A stretch of DNA of 64,000 nucleotides. Source: a virus. Below, piece by piece: positions 49,368 to 57,808 of the stretch (position 1 is its first letter; every line of letters starts with the position of its first letter). The stretch is taken from the IMG/VR virus record IMGVR_UViG_3300032213_002454, positions 2,348-66,347 of that record. One strand, 5' to 3'. Under the pieces are notes generated by a model. It was given only the letters and a program-made list of their open reading frames with translations. It was not told the origin of the DNA and ran no database searches. Made by a program: the position numbers and the translations under genes.

Positions 49368-52262
49368 ATGGAAGATTTTGTGCCCAAAACACCCGAATCA
49401 AAAGCCCTTTTAATATTAGATGATTACAAAGGGTCAAATAACTATATCCTTAATTTAAAACACAAAAAAGAGAATAGTAAGTCTTTTGTACCTACAAGAC
49501 CACAGTCGGATTATATCAATAATTATAACACAACACAACCAAAAGTTGCAAAAAAATGGGTCAAATTAGATTCATATTTTGGTAAAAAACTTATGGAAGA
49601 TAAGATGTATACCAAAGAACCGTCAGAAATTTATGTTGAAAAGTTGTTGGTTGAAAAGGATAAGGCTTATCATATTTGGGGTAAAATCTTTTCAGGTGAA
49701 ACTTTACACGACTTTTGGATGCCAAAATCAGCATTACTAAAAGATAATGAAGTTAAAAATATTTCAATTGATTATAGTAAGTATGACGTTAGACCACCAA
49801 TGGAACATCAAAAGGTAGCTATTGAAAAATTGGTTGGTAATAAAAAGTTTATTTTGGCGGATGATATGGGTTTGGGTAAGTTTTTACCGGTCAATACGCC
49901 TGTTTATACACCTAAAGGTACTAAAAAAATTGGTGATATAAAAATTGGTGATAAGGTTATTGGTAGTGATGGTAAATCCCATAATGTAATAGGTGTATTT
50001 CCACAAGGGTTTAAGGAAACATATAAAATTACATTTAATGACGGGTTTTCAATTTTATCAGGAGATGAACATTTATGGTCTGTTTCATCCCCTAATTACG
50101 GTAAAAATAGAAAAAACGAAAGATTAAAAAAATCTTTAGTTTTATCAACAAAACAAATGTATGAGGGAGGTAAAATTAAAGTTAAAGGCATTAACCATAA
50201 TAAAAATAAGGAATATGAAATTGAAACTTATTATAAATCACCAAACGGAAATAATAAATGGCAAATCCCAATAGTGAAACCAATACAATTTGAACGAAAT
50301 GATAATCTTATGATTGACCCTTATTTGTTAGGACTTACATTAGGTGATGGTGGTATAACACAAAAAAATATTAATTTTACAACAAAAGACGATGAAATTG
50401 TGGGTTATATTGAAACCGCATTACCAAAAAATTCACAAATAGTTAAACAAAAAAATTCAAGATACAGTTATAGAATAACTAAAATCGATGGTTACACAAA
50501 TGAAGTTATACAAATTTTAAAAAATTTAAACTTGATGGGATGTGGGTCAGACACTAAATTTATTCCCGACATATACAAGTTTTCATCAGTTGAAAATAGA
50601 TTATCAATTTTACAAGGGTTAATGGATACTGACGGGCATTGTATGTATAATGGTAATAGTTTTATTGGGACTGATTATTGTACAACATCAAAACAACTTT
50701 GTAATGATGTTGTTGAAGTAGTACAAACATTAGGAGGAGTTGCAAGAGTCAAAACTTGTATCCCAACATATACTTATAAGGGTGAAAAAAAGAAAGGTAA
50801 GTTAGCTTATAGAGTTAATATTAAATTACCAAAGGGTATGAATCCGTTCAGATTAAAACGAAAGGCTAACAAATACATTGAACCAAAAAAATACCCCACC
50901 GGAAGATATATTAAAAATATTGAAAAAGTTGGTTTTGAAGAAAGTGTTTGTATATCGGTTGATGCTCCTGATAAACTATATGTTACAGAACATTGTATTG
51001 TAACACATAACACCACTTCTACAATTATCGCTTCTTTAGAAACAGGTGCAAAAAAAATATTAATAATTTGTCCCGCATCTTTAAAAATAAATTGGCAAAG
51101 AGAGATTGCAAATTATTCAGATAGGTCTGTTTATATCGCAGAAGGTAAGAAATTTTCAGATAAACATGATTTTGTTATTGTGAACTACGACATTCTAAAA
51201 AATTTCCATGACGCCAAAGAAAAAGATAAATCAGAAATAATGAAAATTGATTTTGATTTAGTAATCATGGATGAAGCTCATGTAATTGCTAATCCAAAAG
51301 CTTTAAGAACAAAAATCGCTAACGATATTGCAAGTAAATCAAATAGGGTTTGGTTATTGTCGGGAACACCAATGACATCAAGACCAATGAATTATTATAA
51401 CTTATTAAATATCGTTGGAAGTCCTGTTGCCGCAAATTGGATGGCATATGCTAAAAGATATTGTAATGGATTTCAATTTAGTGTTGGAAAAAGAAAGGTG
51501 TGGAACGTTACAGGAGCATCTAATCTCGATGAATTAAGAGAAAGAACCTCAACACACATTCTAAGAAGATTAAAAGAAGAGGTTTTAGATTTACCTGAAA
51601 AAATTATCACACCTGTTTATTTGAGATTAAAATCAAAAGACTACGAAGAATTAATGGGTGAATATTTTGATTGGTATGACAAAAATCCTGAAGAGTCATC
51701 GTCACTTACAATTCAGTTTGGTAAACTAATGAAAGTAAGAAAAGTAATCGCACAAGAAAAAATTAATAACACAATCGAGTTAGCAGAGAACATTATAGAA
51801 CAAGGTAAAAAGGTTATTATATTTACAAACTTTACCGACACATTAAATCAAATCTATAACCACTTTGGTAAATCTGCAGTTTATTTAGATGGTAGTTGTT
51901 CTAAGTTTCATAGGCAAAATTCGGTTGATGAATTTCAAACAAACGATAAAATCAAAGTATTTGTTGGAAACTTAAAGGCTGCTGGTGTTGGTATTACTTT
52001 AACATCGGCGGAAGCGGTAATCATGAATGATTTATCTTTTGTTCCTGCTGAACATTCACAAGCAGAAGACAGGTCACACCGTATTGGACAAAAAAATTCA
52101 ACATCAGTTTATTACCCTCTTTTTGAAAACACAATTGAAGGTGCAATTTACGACATATTAAATAGAAAAAAGAAAATTATCTCAACAGTAATGGGTGACG
52201 ATATGTTTGATGACGCATCCACAATAGAAGAAATGTTAAACATGATTTCTGTCAACCGATGA
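49368..52262 (+). CDS. SNF2-family (SWI2/SNF2, HARP-like) helicase containing an intein
   Basis: LADDMGLGK|T motif I split by intein, CPASLKINW, MDEAH, LSGTP, LRRLKEEVLDLP, QAEDRSHRIGQ. Confidence 0.93.
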   Translation: MEDFVPKTPESKALLILDDYKGSNNYILNLKHKKENSKSFVPTRPQSDYINNYNTTQPKVAKKWVKLDSYFGKKLMEDKMYTKEPSEIYVEKLLVEKDKAYHIWGKIFSGETLHDFWMPKSALLKDNEVKNISIDYSKYDVRPPMEHQKVAIEKLVGNKKFILADDMGLGKFLPVNTPVYTPKGTKKIGDIKIGDKVIGSDGKSHNVIGVFPQGFKETYKITFNDGFSILSGDEHLWSVSSPNYGKNRKNERLKKSLVLSTKQMYEGGKIKVKGINHNKNKEYEIETYYKSPNGNNKWQIPIVKPIQFERNDNLMIDPYLLGLTLGDGGITQKNINFTTKDDEIVGYIETALPKNSQIVKQKNSRYSYRITKIDGYTNEVIQILKNLNLMGCGSDTKFIPDIYKFSSVENRLSILQGLMDTDGHCMYNGNSFIGTDYCTTSKQLCNDVVEVVQTLGGVARVKTCIPTYTYKGEKKKGKLAYRVNIKLPKGMNPFRLKRKANKYIEPKKYPTGRYIKNIEKVGFEESVCISVDAPDKLYVTEHCIVTHNTTSTIIASLETGAKKILIICPASLKINWQREIANYSDRSVYIAEGKKFSDKHDFVIVNYDILKNFHDAKEKDKSEIMKIDFDLVIMDEAHVIANPKALRTKIANDIASKSNRVWLLSGTPMTSRPMNYYNLLNIVGSPVAANWMAYAKRYCNGFQFSVGKRKVWNVTGASNLDELRERTSTHILRRLKEEVLDLPEKIITPVYLRLKSKDYEELMGEYFDWYDKNPEESSSLTIQFGKLMKVRKVIAQEKINNTIELAENIIEQGKKVIIFTNFTDTLNQIYNHFGKSAVYLDGSCSKFHRQNSVDEFQTNDKIKVFVGNLKAAGVGITLTSAEAVIMNDLSFVPAEHSQAEDRSHRIGQKNSTSVYYPLFENTIEGAIYDILNRKKKIISTVMGDDMFDDASTIEEMLNMISVNR
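49881..51011 (+). mobile_element. Class 3 intein with LAGLIDADG homing endonuclease (377 aa)
   Basis: Inserted in Walker A (GK|T); block B EHLW, block F VCISV, block G VTHN, +1 Thr; blocks C LLGLTLGDG and E LQGLMDTDG. Confidence 0.92.
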
Positions 52263-52289
52263 TATTTATATATCAACAAGTTGAACTTT

Positions 52290-53003
52290 ATGAAAAAATC
52301 AATATATGACATATTTTCAAGAAAAATAGATATCATAGAATCTCATCTGAAAGTAGAGTCCAGTAAAAAACAAAAAATTATTTCTGAAATAAAAAAAATT
52401 AGTGTAGATAAACTACCATATAGTTATGATTCATTAGGTGGGTTTATTGATGATGTCACTATGAAAACACACTACAACAAACACTACAAAGGTTATGTTG
52501 AAAAGTTGAATGTTGAGTTAGAAAAAATTAAAGGAAAAGATTTAGAACTCGAGGAAATAATTTTAAAAATTTCAAAGTTTAATACAACAGTAAAAAATAA
52601 TGGTGGAGGAGCTTTCAATCACGCACTTTTTTGGAAAATGTTATCCCCAAAAAAAACAACATTAAAAAACCCACTAAAAGGTAAAATCGAAAGTTCATTT
52701 GGTACCTTCGAAAAGTTTAAAGAAAAATTCGAAGAAGAAGCAAAAACAAGATTTGGTTCGGGTTGGGTTTGGTTAATTCTAACAAAACAGAACAAATTAA
52801 AAATTGTTACAACGGCAAATCAAGATAATCCTTTAATGAATACGGAAAAAGAAAATGGTTATCCCATTCTTGGGTTAGATTTGTGGGAACACGCATATTA
52901 TCTTAAATACAAAAATAAAAGAGACGAATATATTTCTAATTTTTGGAAAGTTGTTAATTGGGATTTTTGTAATGAACTTTTCGAATCTCAAACAAAAAAG
53001 TAA
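52290..53003 (+). CDS. sodA: Mn/Fe superoxide dismutase (Mn-type signatures) with N-terminal extension
   Basis: LPYSYDSL, THYNKHY, NNGGGAFNH, FGSGWVWL, NQDNP, DLWEHAYY; ATG at 52290 preferred over TTG 52281. Confidence 0.93.
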   Translation: MKKSIYDIFSRKIDIIESHLKVESSKKQKIISEIKKISVDKLPYSYDSLGGFIDDVTMKTHYNKHYKGYVEKLNVELEKIKGKDLELEEIILKISKFNTTVKNNGGGAFNHALFWKMLSPKKTTLKNPLKGKIESSFGTFEKFKEKFEEEAKTRFGSGWVWLILTKQNKLKIVTTANQDNPLMNTEKENGYPILGLDLWEHAYYLKYKNKRDEYISNFWKVVNWDFCNELFESQTKK

Positions 53004-53043
53004 AATAATATTATTTGAAAAGATATTTATATAATAAAACATT

Positions 53044-54165
53044 ATGTCAACAACAGTAATTATTAACGAACCTGAAAGAAGTAAACTTTATAAAAGAATA
53101 AGAAATCTTTTAGGTGCTCCTTTGAGAGGTGTTGAGTTGGATGATGAGATGATGGACTCATTACTTGAACTCTCTATTGAAGACTATGAACAACACATTC
53201 AAGATTGGTTAATTGAGTCTCAGTGGACAAGTGTTTATGGATTAAATTTAGATGAACAATCTGTAACAAGAGCCCTTACTGTTCGAGATATGAAATGGGA
53301 AGACTCTTACACTTATGCATATTCCAAAATTGTAGGTTTACAAGCAGGAGGTGATTGGGTACTTAAAAAAGATTATATTGACTTAGTACCAAACCAACAA
53401 ATATATGAAATACCCGCAGGTCGCGAGCTTAATGAGTTATTGTGGTTTGCAAGACCTGAATTGGACGCCGCTTACTTTGACCCGTTTATGGGTGGGTTTG
53501 GAGGTTTTGGTGGTATCGGTTTAGGTGGTGGCGCTGGTTTTTCACAAATGGGAACAACCGGTAACTATTTTATTACACCCGCATTTGATATTCTTTTGAG
53601 AATGGCGGACATTCAAATGAAAAGAAGAATCATTACCGGTGATTTAACTTACAGAGTTACGGCACTACCTGAAGGTAAAAAGGCGATTCACTTGATGAAT
53701 GTACCTGGCGGTAAGTTTGATTTTGGAAACATGAGAAGAAACGAATATCGAGTTTGGTATTGGTACTACGATACTTACGATAGAGAAGATTGTTTAGAGG
53801 CGAACCCTGATGTTGTTAGACTTCCTTCAGACATACCTTTAGAAAAACTAAGATGGGACAAAATTAACGCACCTGCAAAAACTTGGGTGAGAAGATGGTT
53901 TACGGCTTATTGTAAAGAAACTTTAGCAAGAGTAAGAGGAAAATTTAGTGGGAACTTAAAAACTCCCGATTCTGAATTAACTTTAGAATATCAGTCTTTA
54001 CAAACTGAAGCGAAAGACGAAAAAACAATGTTATGGGAAGAACTCAAAGCTAGGTTAGAAAGGTTAAGACCTGAAAAAATGATGGAACAAAAAGCATTAC
54101 AGGCTGAAAATCTAAACAAGTTATTAAAATTCAGAGCATTTACTAGTCCGTACAATGTGATATAA
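53044..54165 (+). CDS. Neck/head-tail adaptor protein, gp13-like
   Basis: RIRNLLGAPLRGVELDDE; WVRRWFTAYCKETLARVRGKFSG. Confidence 0.75.
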   Translation: MSTTVIINEPERSKLYKRIRNLLGAPLRGVELDDEMMDSLLELSIEDYEQHIQDWLIESQWTSVYGLNLDEQSVTRALTVRDMKWEDSYTYAYSKIVGLQAGGDWVLKKDYIDLVPNQQIYEIPAGRELNELLWFARPELDAAYFDPFMGGFGGFGGIGLGGGAGFSQMGTTGNYFITPAFDILLRMADIQMKRRIITGDLTYRVTALPEGKKAIHLMNVPGGKFDFGNMRRNEYRVWYWYYDTYDREDCLEANPDVVRLPSDIPLEKLRWDKINAPAKTWVRRWFTAYCKETLARVRGKFSGNLKTPDSELTLEYQSLQTEAKDEKTMLWEELKARLERLRPEKMMEQKALQAENLNKLLKFRAFTSPYNVI

Positions 54166-54175
54166 TTTTTATATT

Positions 54176-54517
54176 ATGTCCATATATAAATCAATACCGA
54201 CAAAGTTAATCAAACAAACAAAACCACAAGAAATAAAAATGTTGGAGGATTATGTAATTGTAACTGAAGAAAACTACGAAACCCAAGGAGAAAAATATGT
54301 CTTAGTTAAAGAAGTCGAATTTTGTAATTTAAAACTTAATGAAGAAAAAAATTCATATGTTGTTATTAAGTCTATGACTAATTTGAATGTTTACTCAGAT
54401 TTACAAATTGACGAAGAATTTGATGTGGTAGAAATGCAAAAAGGAGCTTGTGTAGAATTTAAAAAAATTGGTGATTATTGGTACATACTTTCCTCTGATG
54501 GATTAAAAAACTCTTAG
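54176..54517 (+). CDS. Hypothetical protein (small beta-rich, possibly virion-associated)
   Basis: 113 aa, co-oriented with neck gene, ends WYILSSDG; overlaps polB stop by 4 nt. Confidence 0.6.
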   Translation: MSIYKSIPTKLIKQTKPQEIKMLEDYVIVTEENYETQGEKYVLVKEVEFCNLKLNEEKNSYVVIKSMTNLNVYSDLQIDEEFDVVEMQKGACVEFKKIGDYWYILSSDGLKNS

Positions 54518-57342
54518 TCGAAACTAAGAGCCATTAAATCACCATCTACATCAAATTCAAAGTAATCATCAATATCTATTTTCTTTTGTTGTATGACAAA
54601 CTCTTCCATTAATTTTTTGTTATTTTCAACCCAATCGACATCCACTAAATCAACAGTACCATCTAAATACATATAGTAAGGGTCAATACCTACGTTTTTC
54701 CAAAACGTTAATTCCATGTCAGATAAAGTTAATACTTCTTCTAACGTATCTTGGTGAGCCTCTTTCATGGGGTAACCACGTACTAATTCGGTTTGAGACT
54801 TAGTAAAGATAGGTCTATCTTTTGGGTCTTCAATTAAAATGTCTTCTCTAATTTCAGGTTTATAAACAACAAGTAATGGTTCAATTCTTTTATTAAATGC
54901 CGCTAAATATCTTGGAACATTATACTCACCTAATAAATCAGGATTCATTTCTATATCACGTTCATCAATCAAATAACAATTTAAAACCAATTCATCTTTT
55001 TTCTTTTGAACATCTCCGTGTGATTTCTTCTCACCATTATTTACATAAAAAATCGTATCACCAAGACCAGGATTTTTACCTTCTTTAATCAAAAGTTCCA
55101 TGTGTGCTTGACGGGACATCATATTTCCAGCCTTTGTTGTTTTAGTGATGTGAACTTTATAATCGTCTATTGATTGTTTTACCCGAGCTTTGTTTGCAAT
55201 CTTTGCCAAAGGAATTTGTCTGTTATAAAGTTTGTCTACATATTCATAGTAGAAATCTAAAAACTCACCACCCTTACCATCCAATAACATTCGAAGACCT
55301 TTGTCCAAAAATTCAGCAACATACGTTTGAAGTTTTTTAGATTTAATTGTATTACCTGTAAGTTTCACTTTACCCTTGTCTGTAAGAAGTGCGTAGTTTT
55401 TACGAGCCACATTAATCGTTGAAGGCCAAACCCCGTCAATATCTAATCCCATTTCACCTCGTAAAAATAAATCATTGTATTCTGCTACATCAGCCTCAGC
55501 TCCAACATATTCTTTACCTTCTTTGACCAACCCATTTAAACCCTTTCCAATATACTTATACTCTTCTCTATCTTGTGGTGTCTCGAAGTTTACACCATCC
55601 GTATCCATTACAAGAGGAACATAACCTCTTTTCATAAAGAACATAATCATTTGACGTAGGTATTGTCTACCTGTACAAGTAATCTGTTCACCCATATCAA
55701 TATCACCCCACGGAAATACTTGTGGTGCCGATAATGAACCAAAGAATGCGTTGATAAAGATTTTAATTGGTAATTGTTTTCTGTCGTAAGAAATTGCAAG
55801 TTTTGGGTCAATAGATTTATATTCACTTGCTAAGTTCTTGTATTTAATACGAGTATCGCGGAAATACTTTAACATACTTTTCATTGCTCCTGTCACATCA
55901 CACTTAGGGAACACATCGTGAACCAACTGAATAGATGGATATAGTGAAGAGTAGTCAAGTTTCAATACGTTTTTAGAGAACCCAACCTGAACCAAACGAG
56001 AAAGACCTCCTGTAAATTTTCTTTTTTCTAATTTTCTTGGTAATGCTAAATTATGTTTATATGACCATGCAGCCATAATCATTTTCCATAATGTCGCAGT
56101 TCCCATAGTTGAAAGTCTTTCATATGTTGTTGGTACAAGTTTAGACAATAAGAAATTTGCTTGATTAAACTGTTCATCAACTATCATCGTTTCATAAAGG
56201 TCATCGTCCAAATAGTCCTCAATAATTTTTGAACCCGTAACTAATTTATAAACATCATCTCTTCTTTTACAGATTTCATCTATTTTTGAATCAAACCCAA
56301 CTTTTTTGTAAGCTCCATTTTCTTTGTTCATCCAATATTCAAGATTATCAAAATAAATTTTACCAATCTTATCCCCCTCAACGTAAACACGATTTGGTTT
56401 TTCTGCTTCAATAAATTTGGTGATGTACTTCAAAGACCAACTCTTAATGTCTGAGTTGATTGCTTGTGCTCTACGAACTGCGTGCGCAATATCCACAATA
56501 TTATATCCCCACATCTGAGTCTGAACATATGGTTCCATTTCGTTTGCTAACTTTAAAATACCATCTTTTTGTTTTAGTGTATAATCAGGATGTAAGGTCT
56601 TTGAGATTTTTTTGATGTTAACTTTTAATATTTCAGCTCTTTTTAAAATAAACGGGAAGTCAAAGAATGCTGAGTTGTAACCACCAATCAAAGATGGTTT
56701 TAACTCATCGATAGTCTTAAAAAAGTCGACAATCATTTGTCGTTCTTCATCTTCATTTTGTGCTGATAATAATTTTAGAAAACCACGATTGTCTTTCATC
56801 CCTATCAAGAATATCTTACTTGTTTTAGGGTCAAGACCTGTGGTCTCAATATCGAATACAAACCTGTGGATTTCATCGTATTCGTCAAAACCTTTGAATA
56901 GTCTTTTACTTTTTTGAATTAAGTATTGTTCTACGGGTGATAATATTTGAATTGAGTCTGTGTTGTCTCTACCCCACGGGTCTAATCCACCACCTTTAAA
57001 AAAGTTTACAAGGTTTGAGTATGACTTTGTTGTTTTTACTAAATACTTCAATCCGTTTTCTAAACGTTCGTCATCGTGAGTATCAAGTTTTTCTATGATA
57101 ATACCATTTTCACTCATCGCACGTTTTTGTGCGTGTTTGTCGTTCTTGTAAAAGTTTTTACCTTTCAAGTCACCAACCCAAGCAAATGGAATAAATGTGT
57201 CGGGGCGTAATAATTTACCCTTAACAGGGTCTTGAATTACCTTATATATTTTAGATGATTTGTAGTCGTATTCGAGTGATACGATATATTTTTCGTCATC
57301 TTCGCCTAATAGGAAGCGTTCAATTTCTTCTTGTGGAACCAT
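54514..57342 (-). CDS. polB: Family B DNA polymerase
   Basis: ExoI FDIETTG, ExoII YNSAFFDFPFI, motif A LDYSSLYPSI, motif B KIFINAFFG, motif C MDTDG. Confidence 0.95.
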   Translation of the reverse strand: MVPQEEIERFLLGEDDEKYIVSLEYDYKSSKIYKVIQDPVKGKLLRPDTFIPFAWVGDLKGKNFYKNDKHAQKRAMSENGIIIEKLDTHDDERLENGLKYLVKTTKSYSNLVNFFKGGGLDPWGRDNTDSIQILSPVEQYLIQKSKRLFKGFDEYDEIHRFVFDIETTGLDPKTSKIFLIGMKDNRGFLKLLSAQNEDEERQMIVDFFKTIDELKPSLIGGYNSAFFDFPFILKRAEILKVNIKKISKTLHPDYTLKQKDGILKLANEMEPYVQTQMWGYNIVDIAHAVRRAQAINSDIKSWSLKYITKFIEAEKPNRVYVEGDKIGKIYFDNLEYWMNKENGAYKKVGFDSKIDEICKRRDDVYKLVTGSKIIEDYLDDDLYETMIVDEQFNQANFLLSKLVPTTYERLSTMGTATLWKMIMAAWSYKHNLALPRKLEKRKFTGGLSRLVQVGFSKNVLKLDYSSLYPSIQLVHDVFPKCDVTGAMKSMLKYFRDTRIKYKNLASEYKSIDPKLAISYDRKQLPIKIFINAFFGSLSAPQVFPWGDIDMGEQITCTGRQYLRQMIMFFMKRGYVPLVMDTDGVNFETPQDREEYKYIGKGLNGLVKEGKEYVGAEADVAEYNDLFLRGEMGLDIDGVWPSTINVARKNYALLTDKGKVKLTGNTIKSKKLQTYVAEFLDKGLRMLLDGKGGEFLDFYYEYVDKLYNRQIPLAKIANKARVKQSIDDYKVHITKTTKAGNMMSRQAHMELLIKEGKNPGLGDTIFYVNNGEKKSHGDVQKKKDELVLNCYLIDERDIEMNPDLLGEYNVPRYLAAFNKRIEPLLVVYKPEIREDILIEDPKDRPIFTKSQTELVRGYPMKEAHQDTLEEVLTLSDMELTFWKNVGIDPYYMYLDGTVDLVDVDWVENNKKLMEEFVIQQKKIDIDDYFEFDVDGDLMALSFD

Positions 57343-57360
57343 AATATACTATTTAATTTT

Positions 57361-57395
57361 GGTGTATTTGCTGTCATATGAGCATGACATTTACC
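57361..57395 (-). promoter_or_regulatory. Stem-loop in polB 5' leader (candidate translational operator)
   Basis: mRNA GGUAAA-UGUCAUG-CUCA-UAUGACA-GCAAAUACACC, 18 nt before the ATG. Confidence 0.4.
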
Positions 57396-57403
57396 TTTCT
57401 TTA

Positions 57404-57435
57404 AAAGTATAAGAGTAAGATTTATCCTTGTCAAA
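57404..57435 (-). promoter_or_regulatory. Promoter of polB
   Basis: Minus strand TTGACA-N17-TATACT (also TTTG-N20-TATACTTT). Confidence 0.7.
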
Positions 57436-57784
57436 TAATATTAATATATAATTCTTCTCTGATTGGAGAAATTAATTCGCCATTTTCTAAAACAACCAAA
57501 AATTCTCCGATAAATCTACCTTTGGTATTTGTATCTCTACCTCCCCATTTATAATAAATGTAAAATTCCCACGGAGAGTCAGGGTTTCTTTTGTCTTTGG
57601 TTGTTAAATAAGCATCTTTCATAAAAATTTTATACAAACCGGTATCTTCATTAACCATAGAGAATCTAAGTGTTGCGTTATCTAAAATACTATTCATTTC
57701 ATCATAAGCATCAGTTCTACCGTCCATGACAACATCCATTTTAATTATTGGTAAATTGGTGTTTTGTTTTATATAAAATTCCAT
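57431..57784 (-). CDS. BppU-like Ig-fold small virion protein
   Basis: FYIKQNTNLP...ATLRFSM...IYYKW...DT..KGRFIGEF. Confidence 0.6.
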   Translation of the reverse strand: MEFYIKQNTNLPIIKMDVVMDGRTDAYDEMNSILDNATLRFSMVNEDTGLYKIFMKDAYLTTKDKRNPDSPWEFYIYYKWGGRDTNTKGRFIGEFLVVLENGELISPIREELYINII

Positions 57785-57808
57785 CTTTTATTTTATAATC
57801 ATTTTTTA

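Noticed and set aside
52281-52289. TTG start for SOD given in the track
   Set aside because: An in-frame ATG three codons later (52290) is more plausible.
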